Source: Schmidtea nova
Taxonomy: Eukaryota
Direction of reading: 5' to 3'
DNA: 64,000 nt
Assembly: GCA_044892505.1 (NCBI GenBank)
Contig: CM097883.1
Span: forward strand, 419,368,001-419,432,000
The notes beneath the pieces were generated by a model. It worked only from the letters and a program-made list of their open reading frames with translations. It did no database searches and was not told where the DNA came from. This document shows, one piece after another, positions 38,845-51,517 of this stretch (its first letter is position 1; each line of letters opens with the position of its first letter). The position numbers and the translations under genes are program-made.

Positions 38845-39059
38845 CTCTTCCTTTATATCAGATAAAAAATCAAAATTTAGAAAGATTAGCAATTAAAAGA
38901 TGATGGATGGATAACAACTTTCAAAAAGACCGTTATTTTACTCTTTGAATGTGCATTTAAAAAGTCAACAAATATCAGCTCAATCTATCAACAAGTTTTT
39001 TAATTATTTTAATCTAAATTCGGCCTGGGACAATTTTGACCCCAAATATAAAGGGAGAG
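38845..39059. mobile_element. piggyBac-type MITE
   Basis: TTAA|ctcttcctttatat ... atataaagggagag|TTAA. Confidence 0.75.
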
Positions 39060-39275
39060 TTAAATATAATCAAAATTTTCTGAAGTAAAATTTTTAATAA
39101 AATTACTTTTCTATTATATATTTAAAGAAATTTTGATCTATAGTCTTACTATTATTGGAATTAGTGACATTAATATTAAAAAAAGATCAAAGGTGAAACA
39201 AAAAGATAATTATGATATTTATTATATATTATAATACAAAATTTTACAATTGTTCAAGTCAATTAATAATTTTAG

Positions 39276-39384
39276 TATTCTCTATGAAGAAGTGAGGAAA
39301 ACCAAAAAGCCTTATATGCACGGCGTAACGAGACTGGATGAAAGTTATTGGAAAGAAGTTTATTCAATGAATTCCGGGAGATGA
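39276..39384 (+). CDS. DHX8-like: DEAH helicase paralog B, exon 3 of 3
   Basis: ttttag|T ATT..: (Y)ILYEEVRKTKKPYMHGVTRLDESYWKEVYSMNSGR*. Phase 2, matching the exon 2 donor. Confidence 0.88.
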
Positions 39385-40589
39385 TTTATTATGATTTAAT
39401 TCTAATTTTTTCCTGTAATAAATGATAATTATTTTATGTTTTGAATTTGTTTTAATTAATCGAATGTTTAAACTAGAAAGGTAAATATTATAGGTAAGTT
39501 ATATTAATATATAGGTATATATATATATATATAGGTAAGTTATATTAAAATTTACCGAGGTTAAGTTTTGTAATTCCAGTAAAAAACTGGGTTACTGTTG
39601 GATCTTCATTTGTGGTTGTCGCTAGTAAGTACCAAAATGTTATAAACTATTGGCTACCCGTCGCTTAGTAATCTTGGTAATGTAGCGCAATGAGTGATAC
39701 CAGAAAAAAGTGAGCCCTGACTGGTTCAGAATTAGTCCCAGAAGCCGAACTTGGCGTCTTTGCGCACTTGCTTCCTATTGGACCTGTGTTTTTTGACGAT
39801 TTTCGACACCGGTGCCTCTTCTCTTGCTAGTTCACTGGCTGAGAATTCCTCTGGTGCACGAACGGCTATTGAGATGTCGTATTCAATTTGGATTCAATCA
39901 AGCTTCTTGTCTCTTTCTTAAAGAACCTTTTTCAGAGCTTTATTCTTCAGCTTGTATCGGGAAAAGCTGAATATGGCCATTTGTCATTGCTATCTTGTCG
40001 GCAATGAACCATGTTGCATCCATCATGCGACAATGTTTGATAAATTTATCCAGTCTCTTTTTTAATTTTCGGTTATCTTCACATTTGTAAATCTAACTAA
40101 CTTCTTATTAATCGAGGTGATCGTCATATCTTATTTTAATTTAAAAAAATAGTAAAATAACTTAATGAACTACATACTCGGCTGGCAGAAATAAGCCATA
40201 AATCTTTTATCATGATATAATATGCTGAGTAATTATTAATTTCTACATAATACCAGACACATTTACAGACAAACATTCATGCCAACATTATTACTCAACT
40301 TGTAGGAAAAGCTATAAAAATAGATTGTTAATTTTCTCACTTTAGTTAAGAATACCTAGAGAAACTGCCAAAAATCCGGTATCCATCGCGGTAGGAATGC
40401 CGCAAATTACTGGATTTCAGCTCGTCATGAACACCGGATTTAATTCCCGCCTTATGAGAGCAACTCTTGTATGATTTACTCTAAGCCTTGGTTATTTGGA
40501 TTTTAAATGATCATTGATGAATTATTGAAAGATGGATAATGGCCATTTAATGACAAATATCTGCAATTCCTAAATTAATATATATGGTA

Positions 40590-41210
40590 AGCGCAGCGCC
40601 GAACTAACGCAAGTGCAATCGCACTGGGCCCATATTTTTAAGGGGCCCTCGAATATTAAATACATTAGAAAAACTTTTCCAATAGTAAAAAAATAATAGG
40701 AATTGAAAGAAAATAACAAAGCTGAACATCCAAAATTCGTTTAACTTTCAAACCAATCAAGTTGGCTACGATATAATTTGAAACACATACCCAATAATTC
40801 AGTTGTTTTTTTGCTTCAAATCGTTTTCTTGTCTTTTTATAGTGTCTTATTAGTGAAAAGTACTATAATTTTATTTTAATTGTTTTGGACAAATGGTGAA
40901 TTTTCGCAAATTATAAAATAAGGTATTATTAATAGTTTAAATTTGTTGTGACTACCGGTAATATTAGTGCGGATATTACATATTAATTTTAGGTTTAACG
41001 ATTTGTTTGTATATTTAATTATAAGTTGTAATTTTAATGCTGTATTTAATAAATTAGAATTAATTAATTTGCTAGCAAAAGAGCTCCAAAATCGCTTTCT
41101 AATTTTAAATTATTTTTTGAAATTGAAATCAATAAAAAAAAATTCAATAAAATTAAAAAAAAAATTTAGTGTCTGTTCAGGGCTTCCAAAATTTACAGCA
41201 CGATGCTGGG
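40590..41210. mobile_element. Inverted copy of the 16800-17395 hAT-like element
   Basis: Ends cagcgccgaact... / ...agcacgatgctg. Reverse-complement homology to 16800-17395. Confidence 0.6.
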
Positions 41211-42999
41211 TAAATGATGATTTATTCAAAGAATAAACACTAACTTCAAATTGATAAAGAATGATCAGTGAATGGTTAAATGATAAATAAAATGCAGTTT
41301 AATAATAAGCAAATATGAGGTTTCTTTTAAAGAAAAAAACGGAAATTAATGAGTCGTTAAATATCATACGATTTAGCGATAAATAAACATTAAGTTTTGA
41401 ATCAGTAAATAAAAAAATTATTAAATCATGAATAACTGTTGAGTTTTGGTGTTCGATGTTATTAATTCAACTTCGGTCACTACTATATAAATAAAATAAT
41501 ATAACTGTTTAAAAGCTTTATATAAATTTATAACAGTGTCCAATGAGACTACACTTTATCACCAAAGTTCCCTCAAATTTATAAATTTGTATCAATTAAA
41601 TATTAAATGTTCTGCTTGAAAATGCCTAAGCTGGGCTGTGTTTAGTTCGCTTTATTTTGATTTTTCTAGTTTATTTCAAACTTAGAAATTTAGGTGCAAA
41701 ACCGTTTTTGGGTGATTTGACTGAAAAATCAGTCAGTTTATATAATAAATTTTAAGGTACTTAATCTGTCAATAATGATTGTTATTTTGCTTCTTGAGTT
41801 GATTGAAATTGTTTTCAAAATAGAGTTGTTTTCAAAGCAGAATTATTTTCAAAAACAGAATTGTTTTCTAACCTTTGCATTATTTCATTTTGCTGACCTT
41901 TGTAGGTTATAAATATGATTTATTTAAACAAACAGTAATCTATTTATTTTAATTTATTTAAACAATCAGTGTTATTTATTTATTTTTATTATTATTGTTA
42001 TAATTTATTTTATTGAATTAAAATATTAAAATATAAATCAAAATATAGACCATTTTCCAAATAGTTAAAAAATGAATTTACATAAAATATTTTCACAACA
42101 AAATATTCTTTAAAAATTACATAAAATTGTATCATTAATTGTGTCCATCACCATAAAAAATGTCAATAAATGTTAGCAAGATCACAAATTGATAAATTGT
42201 CATAATTATATCGTCAAAAATAAATTGTCATTCGATCCATTGTTTGAATTGATTTTCGTCCTTTTGTACATTTATGCTATATTTTCCCTCCTATTCTGTA
42301 GTCATCAATACTTTCGATTGTGCCGATTATTCTTCCTGTGTCTAACATAACGGTAAACAATAAGTTTGCCAATCAATGCGAGTTTTAGGGTCAGGCCCTC
42401 GAGTAAAAGAAAACCCGGACTAATAAAAAAACCTGAACCAAAGGAAAATCCGATACAAAATTAGATTACCAGGATCGCAAAACGAAATAAATTAAATTAG
42501 AAAGAGCAATAATCATTTCGGATCTGCGAAAATTAAATTAGAACACAGAGAAAGAAAGATAATATGATTATTTTTTTCCATTTCAGGGAAATTTAATTAT
42601 ATTGTTATTGTATTGAAAAACTATAAAAGAAGCATCAAACAACAGCTAATCGCCATTTTGGTTGAAAAGAAAAATTATCGGGGGCATATTAAAAGCCACA
42701 TTTCGTAAGTAAGGCGAAGAGAGTGATTGAATCCAACATTATCGCATCAATAGGCATACCAGAAAGGACAATCTACCTTTAGTAGACCTACCTCTGTCGC
42801 TTGAACAGAAGATAGTACTGAGTGTTTGAGAAGAAAGTAAAAATTGTATTGATTTATTTTTCATTGTAAAAATTAGTGAAATTTAATAGAATTTATTGTG
42901 TTGTGCGTTGGTGATTTCTCAATTATAGGAGCACAAGGAGTCAGATAATAAAGCAATTCAAAACAAACAACCAAACAAACTTAAGTAAAATATATAGTT

Positions 43000-43900
43000 T
43001 TTATTTTGGGGAAGGATACATTTATCCTACCATAAATCTATATAAATAAATAATTGTTTTAAAATTAAGTATGCATAACAGTTGGCAGATGTCGTAGTAT
43101 TTGGGTAGCCCCAAAATCCTTACTTGCCCATTTGTTATTTATTTTGTATATTCTTATGATACATAGGTTCCATTGACCTCTTACAGGCTGAAAAGCAGTA
43201 GGTATCTATTTGATCCATACCTTTTGTTGGGTATTTATCAACTAGTCAGTTCTGTTTGGCTGATTCCTTGGTGTTCTTATAGGGTTGATTCAAGAAAAAT
43301 CTAAGATAGTAAGATTTAGTCGAAAGTATGACATTCTTTATAACAATTATTTGACACGATATTTAATAATAATAAGTCTCTTTACATAATTTCAAAAACT
43401 CTTTAATTGCACTGCTTTTTCGAATAAGCATACGGATAAGTCTTCTAAAAGAACATCTCTCTTTCTGATACGCTATGAAGAATAAATTTGACTCTAACTA
43501 ATACTGACAATAGACAATCTTGCCTTGCAAATATTTAACTAACTTTTGTCTTCGATCACTCTGGCAAACTTTGTAATTTGCCTCCTCTTTTTATACTGTT
43601 TAACGTAAAGAATTCTTTTTATCTAATTAGGTTGTCTAGTGGGTGCCTCTTGTTAGGTTATTTTATTTGAACAATAAATCTGTCCAGACTCTGACTCCTC
43701 TTGTGCTTTTATTTATCAATAATCAATAAAGCCCAACACATAATATTTTCATTTGATTGTTCCAACAATTACGATTTCTCTTTAATTTCTATCGAGACAA
43801 TTTACAATTTTCCAATAACTTACACTTTCTTTCGTTTAATAATTTGATTAACGTTAAGGCAGACAACGCAAGAGTCAATCGCTTTTACTGGTAAGTTTTA
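43000..43900 (-). pseudogene. Highly decayed Ty3/gypsy pol (RT-connection) relic
   Basis: Minus-strand VRILGLPKYY resembles gypsy VRSFLGLAGYY. There are many stops, and LTR-like repeats flank it. Confidence 0.3.
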
Positions 43901-44149
43901 TTTGAATAAAGTTTATTAAAATCACTTCTTACCTCCATATAAAATTCAATATTTTGACTTGACTTTTTGACCAACTGGAGGCTCGTCTCTTTTCTGCTAT
44001 CTTATATACTTTTTGTGGGATAATTGAGATAATTATGTAAATAATTTTTTTATGTATTAAGTTGGACAACAAAAATCCAACTGTTTTATTCTTCACGGCG
44101 CCCGTGTGGGTTTATCAACAATTATTTCAGCAATTACCCAAATATTTGA

Positions 44150-44830
44150 TTTCTTGGGTTTCTAATGCGCTAGGGGTATTTTTCATCTCTAGGGTTTCCA
44201 ATTGGCTCGGGCTTCTCATTGAGCGATTAATTAATTTGTTTTTTTAATATGACTTTTTTTGGGGACCCCTTACTAAATTTTTATTATTGTTATTCGGTTT
44301 GTCTTTTGATTTGGCGTTCAACCATACCCATTTCCCCCGATGAATATTAATTTTTGATAAATTTTCGTTAACTTTTGCACTTTTAATTATTTTGATTTTA
44401 ACTTTATTTATTGTGTTTTAATTCATTTGACAACTTCCCCATTAATTGGGTTTTAGAGTTTTTTTCTAAAATCAATTTTCTCAGGGAAAATTAAACTGCC
44501 TCGCTGATCACCAGGGCTTTTTTATGCTATTTGGGTTCTCCATTGGCTCGGGTTTCCCATTTGCCCGGGTTTCCCATTAGCCAAGTAACTCTTAATTAAT
44601 TAATTAATTTTTTTTCTGGGGACCCCAATTTTATTTTACCCTTTTTGGATTTGTCTTACTATTTGGCATACACCCATAGCAAGTTCCCCCAACTAACTCA
44701 ATATTTTTAAATTTTCCAAATTTTCATTAATTTTGATGGTTTAATTATTAATTTTTAAAATGTTTATATTTTCATTGATTTTTATTAAATTTTTGTCCTT
44801 TTTTATTTTTGTATTTGAGCTTATTTTATT
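44150..44830 (+). repeat. Repeat with clustered GGGTTTCCCA motifs (tandem partial duplication; related copies at ~5850-5950, 58600-58920 and 42400-42560 inverted)
   Basis: ggctcgggtttcccatt units, followed by ttttctggggacccc and ttggcatacacccata..ttccccc in each copy. Confidence 0.75.
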
Positions 44831-45018
44831 AAACTCCAACACTTTTGTAAATTTTTTTAATCTGACAATTATACAGTTCGATTTTGTAAATTTGCATTTT
44901 AATAAAGAAGTATAGTAAATAATTGTTTTTGTTATTTTTTAGGATCAATAGAAACTGACTATTTTAATAATATTTTATATCATTATTTATAAAACATATA
45001 TAATTTATTTATTGGAGT

Positions 45019-45441
45019 CAAAGCCACCTTATCCAATAGGCACCGTGCCTATGGCTTACGAACTTTAAGGGGGCCTTCGAAGAAATGTTGTTATGAATAT
45101 TAACCTCGAAAAGAAAACACCGATATTTGTCAAAAGCAAATTGATACTAAATACATATTATAAAATTTAACCTTGAATGATGAAAGTTTGGAAATTCGCA
45201 CGCTGAGATCTGTTTGAATAATGCACATAGTTATTAATATTCATAAAATAACACAAATTATGCAAACTTAAATATAACGGCGCTCTGTGCAATCAACTAT
45301 TCCAAGACAATTAAAAATTCAAATTACAATGTTGAAAATCCAAATTACACTGTTCAGAAAATAATTTTGGTGTACTAATTTGTTTTTCATTATATATATT
45401 GTAATGTGCCTAGGGCCTACGAAAGGTTTGAGACGGCTCTG
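45019..45441. mobile_element. hAT MITE (degenerate)
   Basis: caaagccacct / agacggctctg ends. TSD attggagt / atcgtagt (6/8 match). Confidence 0.55.
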
Positions 45442-46444
45442 ATCGTAGTCACTAATATTAAGAATCATTGACTCCTTTTTTTGATTTTAGCAAATTTAAA
45501 TAAAATATTTAAATCAATGAACCACAAAAATTAAATGAGCTCTTAAAATTCAGTGTAATTTTCTACGAATAAATATCTACGCACGAGAATTAACATCGAT
45601 TTATGAAATTATAGCGCCGTTAGCACCATATTCATACTTTCAATCAGACACTTTTGATGAACACAGGATCTTTTTACAACTTAGATACAGGTATTTTCTT
45701 TTTATAATTGGGACGATTATCCTAAGAATATCACCCTTGAATTCTGAGTAGACTTATTTAAATTTTATTTCTTCGACCAACCTTGCAAATGCTATAGAAA
45801 ATATTGGTTTATATACCAAACTCAATTCCATCAATCATTGTGGAAAAGAATGAAACCCGGCCAATCATACTAATTTTGACACGCTAGTACTCATTTGCTA
45901 CGGGCACTTTGACAAAAAATTGCCGACTTGTTCAGTCTGACACTGCCTCTTTCTTCACAATGATCGATGAGATTACCCTGATGATTAATGAGATCAATTA
46001 TTTAATTTGTATTTTTTCTCTCTTGAATTTTTACATTTCTCTTGAATTTTGTGTGTTTATGTATAACCACAGAAAAACGATATAATTATATTTTTAGAAA
46101 CTCCCAATTACTTTTCAAACTTATAAAATTATTTTTCTAATTTTAACTCTAAATTATTGAAACTCACGAAGTTCTCGAAAGTTAAAAAAGAAAGGACGAG
46201 TTTATGGCAATATATTAATATATGATTGAAGACTCTAGGTGAAAGAAAATGGGTGGAATTTGTGACTGTCATCGTGAAACATTAAGAGACAGTTATAATT
46301 TTTTTAATTATTTAAAAAAATCGAGGTACAAAAATATCCAATTAACCATTGACTAATTATTAAGAAGTTTTTTCAAATCTTTACCAATCATAAAATATAA
46401 AATAAACGCATAAGATAATTTTTGTTTTATTGAATTTGTTTATA

Positions 46445-47492
46445 CACCAAAGCGCATAAATTAAGGGCCAGACAGGCAAAATTTAAAGTTTCTATAATAA
46501 CAAATTATTTTATATATAGAAAAAATATACATACCTACTGCAGATTAGGACAAAGTAAAAAAGCACGGTCATAAATTACGGGCCTTCACTATAGAAAATA
46601 AGAAAAATTAATTAGGTCAAAAAACACACTTACACAATACACAAAAAACCTATAATGAAAAATACAAACACATGGACATAATTTAAGGGACAGTCTTTAA
46701 TTAAGGGATTTTAAAATTTTAAAAAATCATGATTTATGATGATATTTCAGAAAAATTTTTGGAATCAACTGTACCATTTATTGGAGAGGATCAAGAAGAA
46801 ATGTAAACTTACAATTATATTAAAAAATTAAAGAAAAAATTTAGAAATGCAGAAAATGAAGCTATAATGCCTCAAATTGCCGAAACTGTAGAAAGAAAAC
46901 ATCGAAAAACGTAAAACAAATTTGAATTTTTAATTTTTAACTTAAAATTTTATAGATAATCTGAACATGACAAAAAATTATTAAAAGAAGTAATGAAACG
47001 GCGTGAAAATTATGAAGTATTCGGCAGGTAAATAGGTTTTGAACCTAAGATTATTAAAGACATAGTGTCGAGGTAGAAAAACTGGCATTCTTACAGCAAG
47101 GAAAAGAGGCAAATAAAATGTTAGCCTAATAATTGAAGAAAATGGAATACAATGAATTGATTGTGGACCAAAATTATTGGATTACTTTGGAAGAAATGAA
47201 AAATTTCTTGAATACAATTAGATGCAATGTATACACAAAATCAATATCAAAATGTTTAAAAAATAAGCTGATAAAATTATAAAGACTTACTTTTTTCTGT
47301 ATTTCATAAATATCTAAAAAATATCTAGATAAAATAAATTGGTATTTAACTTAAAATATTAAATAAATTTAAAATGTTAAAATAACTTAAATACATAGCT
47401 AAAAAATTAAATTAAAAATTAAATAAGAAGATAATAAATACCAACTGACTGTATTAAGTGTCTTTATGGCCCTTAATTGCAGACTGTTGGTG
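46445..47492 (+). mobile_element. Tc1/mariner-type non-autonomous element with cargo relic, copy 2
   Basis: TA|caccaa..aattaagggcca at both ends, TA TSD and internal subterminal repeats. The interior is homologous to 34105-35187. Confidence 0.7.
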
Positions 47493-47853
47493 TAGCCTGA
47501 TGATCACAGCTGAGCTGTCAAAATATAATGAAAAAAATATATTTTAAAAATTAGTGTTCTTTTATTTAATCATAAAATTCTGTAAAACAAACATATTTTC
47601 CATATTTATTTCAATTAAATTGAATTTAATAATTTGTAAAAATATGTTGGCTTATACAGACTACAATAGCAAAGACAATTTATAATCTAATAAAACAATT
47701 AATGCAAAAATTAAGACTTTTACCAATAAAAATAACTCCGTATTTATTCCAACTGCGTTTATAATTAAATAATTAAAACACGATCAAAATGGTTATAGCA
47801 TCACCCTAAATTAAAATCTTGTCAATATGAATCTAGTCGAATTTTCATTCAGC

Positions 47854-48031
47854 TCAGTCTAAAAATAAGTCCAAATAAGTATCAAAAATATTTTTCCTTA
47901 AAAATGATAAAGAGCGGCTATATCCAATCTTTTTACACTCGCTTGGGAATTCCTTTAACAGACTTTCGTTTAACGTCATGATTCCTCTCATATACGGTTT
48001 ATTTGTCTTAACAACTTCATAATAGAGAATT
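47854..48031 (-). CDS. DHX8-like: DEAH helicase paralog C, exon 3 of 3
   Basis: tatttag|A ATT..: (L)ILYYEVVKTNKPYMRGIMTLNESLL...FLD*. Phase 2. Confidence 0.88.
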
Positions 48032-48213
48032 CTAAATAGATAAAAGAGAGCAATAAAATTTTGAATTATAATTTTAAAAAATTGATGATAAAATTTAAAT
48101 TTAATTTTCGAAATTTTTAAGTTAACGTCACCTTTGATCTTTTATTTTCAATTTTATATATTTTCATTTTTTTAAACAGAAGATCAAAATTTATGATGAT
48201 TAATGATATAGAT

Positions 48214-49202
48214 CAGTGTTGTCCAAACTGTGTGCCGTGAAATTTTTTAAATAAAAGTCAAAAAAACCCTGTTTTTCCAAACAACTTAATAAAAGGAAAT
48301 TGAATTGTGGATATTTTAACAGTTATTTCAAATTTAAATGATAATCAGTCAATTAAGTGCGAAATTTATTTGTTTACAATCATATTTATATTTCTTACTA
48401 GAAATATTGACTATCTAAAATACATAAGCAGCTTAATTATGTTTATTTAGATCAGTGTTATCCAAACTGTGTGCCGCGGCACACTGGTGTGACGTGGCGG
48501 GTGCCCAGGTGTGCCGTGAAATTTTTTAAATAAAAGTCAAAAAAACCCTGTTTTTCCAAACAACTTTATAAAAGGAAATTGAATTGTGGATATTTTAACA
48601 GTTATTTAAAATTTAAATGATAATCAGTCAATTAAGTGCGAAATTTATTTGTTTACAATCATATTTATATTTCTTACTAGAAATATTGACTATCTAAAAT
48701 ACATAAGCAGCTTAATTATGTTTATTTAGATTCTGTCTGAATTGTCTGAATTTTGGGGATTTGTTAAAGACGAATATCCAAATTTGAGTAAGAAGGCAAT
48801 TGAAATATTATTACCATTTGGTTCTTCTTATCTCTGTGAACTGGGATTTTCAACTCTTACCACAATTAAATCAAAGAAGTGGGAACGTATGGTTAACATT
48901 GATCAAGAATTAAGAGTTTGTTTGTCAAAAATTCCACCACGATTGGAACTTATTTGTTCGGAACATCAAGCACATAAATCTCATTAACTATGTTTTATGA
49001 ATTTTTCATTCACTAATTTTTCTAAATTTAAAATTTTTTACATTAAATTTATTTCAAGTAAATAAGTTTTTCATTTCTTATTAAAAGATTAGTAAAAGTG
49101 CAATAAAAAATTGCAAATAAAGCAAAAAAAAATTTAGGTGTGCCGCGAAAATTTTTAATTCAGCCAAGTGTGCCGTGGCTCAAAAAAGTTTGGACAACAC
49201 TG
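48214..49202 (+). mobile_element. hAT Buster/Charlie-type deleted element with duplicated left end
   Basis: Perfect 15-bp TIR cagtgttgtccaaac. TSD atatagat / atatagac. A second left end begins at 48453. Confidence 0.9.
48742..48987 (+). pseudogene. Buster/ZBED5-type transposase C-terminal fragment
   Basis: FWGFVKDEYPNLSKKAIEILLPFGSSYLCELGFS...QAHKSH*. Confidence 0.9.
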
Positions 49203-50017
49203 ATATAGACGGAATGGGATGGTTTACAAGGTTTCTCAGCTTCAATTTACTCAAATTTAAAATTTATGAAAATATTTCTGACAATAAATTGCAGCACATA
49301 TTTTCAATACTAATTTTATGTTTATAAAATTTTGTGATTTTTAGTGATTACAGGTTATTTTGGTTTATTAGAGTTTAGTCATGTATAATATTATTTCAAT
49401 TAAAAAGAGGCAAATTTGGAGGCGCAAACACATGTGTCCCACGTGGGTTAGTGGTTGGGATCAATTATCCCTCTGGTATTCTAGTCAAGTGATGAAAGAA
49501 CCATTAATCTACAGAAAATTTATTTTCAATCAAAAGTTTACAAAATAGTGTACACAATGTTTCATTTGGAATAAAAGTATATATTTATAGTTTTCAAAAT
49601 AAAAGTTTATCTTAATTTTACGCACGTAACTAGTGACGGAGAGCAGTTTCCTTCAAAGAATCAGCAAAGTCCTTCAATCTAAGGAGACATTTTAGAACTA
49701 AACATCGCGCGATTGATTCTGAAGCGTTAGAACTGTAGATTATGAGTTTTCTAATTTCTATTTTACCATTGGTGTCTGTATTATCTTGAGTGGGATAGGT
49801 GTACTCATTGGTAGTCTAAGGATTAATGATACAAGTACATCAGTTTCTCATTTTATGAATTTTGATACCAGCGAAAACAAATGAGAAGAAAATTGGGATA
49901 AATTGATGGAGAAAGCATTGGAAATTTGAAAGAAATAGTGTCTAATATAAGAAAATCACACAGATCTAATTGTCTGAAACTAAAGTTTTGCAAGAGAACA
50001 ATGGAGCTTATGTTGGA

Positions 50018-50254
50018 TCAATTAGGAATCAGGAAATTGTGTAGCAGGTCCATTCCACTGTATTTAACGGCATAGATGATGGATAAACGTAAAGTTGCTT
50101 GTGAAAACAACTTTTTCATATTAGATCGTGCTGGACCAAGCTTTTTAGGACATATAATGACATTGGAATGAGACACCCTTGAGCCTCTTATACTCCACTT
50201 TAGACGAGTATCTAAAGCATGGGTATTATCTGAAGATTTGTTAAGGCAATGCAC
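50018..50254 (-). pseudogene. Possible 3' end of a non-LTR (LINE) ORF2
   Basis: THALDTR...PARSNMKK..YSGMDLLHN loosely resembles LINE ORF2 C-termini (H.YNTR..RT...YxG..LWN). Confidence 0.3.
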
Positions 50255-50339
50255 ATAGAAAATGCTTAATGTTGAGTGTATTTTGAGATGTTAAAGAAGG
50301 TCCATTTTTCAAAAGACAGCATAAACTCAGAGGACCATA

Positions 50340-50640
50340 CCACTTTCAACTGTACGACGCAAGTTATGAAATCAGGACCTTTATTTGCTCCATGACACTT
50401 CACACATTTTATCGAATACAGGAAGCAGTAGCAAAATGTTGGATTTGTGCTGATGGACTATCCGCCACACAACACACTTACACTTAGTGATATTTGGCTG
50501 TTCAATCATCTGAAGAAAGATTTGAGAGGTAAAATATTCAAAGAGTGATTTAAAGAAAAGGAAGTGCAAGAATTCATCGAAGTGGCTTTCAAATCAATTG
50601 TGAACCGGTGGAGAAAGTGTTAATGAAAGTTATGCTGAGA
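50340..50640 (+). pseudogene. mariner (DD34D) transposase C-terminal relic
   Basis: LLHD..., PP....SDIWLFNHLKKDLRGK.F and ..LVNRW are degenerate forms of LLHDNARPH / HPPYSPDLAPSDFWLF. Confidence 0.7.
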
Positions 50641-51517
50641 AATAAATTCTAAACATATTTCTTGTTGATAATAATGAATTCGGTTCCACTGACTTTCTTT
50701 TTATGCGAGTCTGATGAGCTTAATAGCCCTACCATGTATCTGTCTCTAACTTAATACATTTTTTCCGTAATCGTCCGATAAAAAGGGGTTGGCTGCATAA
50801 TCAATTGTTTAGAAACTCCTCAAATAAAATAATTTTTTGAACATATATAAATACTCATATTAAGTACCTAAAACACGATGGCAAAAGAAGATTGGGCTTA
50901 TATGAGGATTGTATTGATCACAGATCCACAAAACCGTTATAAATTAAAATTCTTCAAAATTAAAAAAAATAACTATGCACATATAACAGTGAAAAAATAA
51001 CTTTTTTAAATATTAGAATTTGGTTTTGGTTTTATCAGGCTCGTGTATATTTTATTATTTTTTCAATTAATTAATGTGTTAAACAAAAACACGATGGATA
51101 TTGTTTTTAATTATATTCGTACAATGATTTTACGAATTTATCAATATCTCAAATTTCAATGCTTCAATATGAGTGCTCACAGTTTCGATAATGCCCAAGT
51201 CAATGGTCGATATCTATAAATTCTGTATAGCAATAACGTGGATACTTTGATTTTTTTCAATTTTCAAATTAAAAGCTAAAGCCTTCATGGAAGCTCTAAC
51301 TGCTGGGGTTGATATTTCATACGATCGGGCAATTCGGAGTCGGATTCTATTCAGCATATTTTGTCGCTGATAAAGAGAATCACGACACTAAAGGATAAAT
51401 AATTTGTTATTAAGACCTGTTTACAACAACACCACTTGACAAGACTGTTTTAGTTTTTAAAAAAATTATAAAAGGAAATATTTAGTAGAAAAAAGTAACC
51501 TAAAACCAAAATCTTAC

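Noticed and set aside
49612-49635. ttacgcacgtaa-CTAGT as a Helitron 3' end
   Set aside because: The hairpin is weak and directly adjacent to CTAG, and no 5' TC end or Rep/Hel sequence was identified.
50704-50735. CTGATGAGC..GC as a hammerhead (also CUGAUGA at 23945 minus and CUGAAGA at 39930-39950 minus)
   Set aside because: No stem II-GAAA-stem III-UH arrangement.
51130-51390. Minus-strand peptide YQRQNMLNRIRLRIARSYEISTPAVR as exon 3 of helicase C or a TE fragment
   Set aside because: No OB-fold similarity; the true exon 3 is at 47854-48031. I cannot assign a family.
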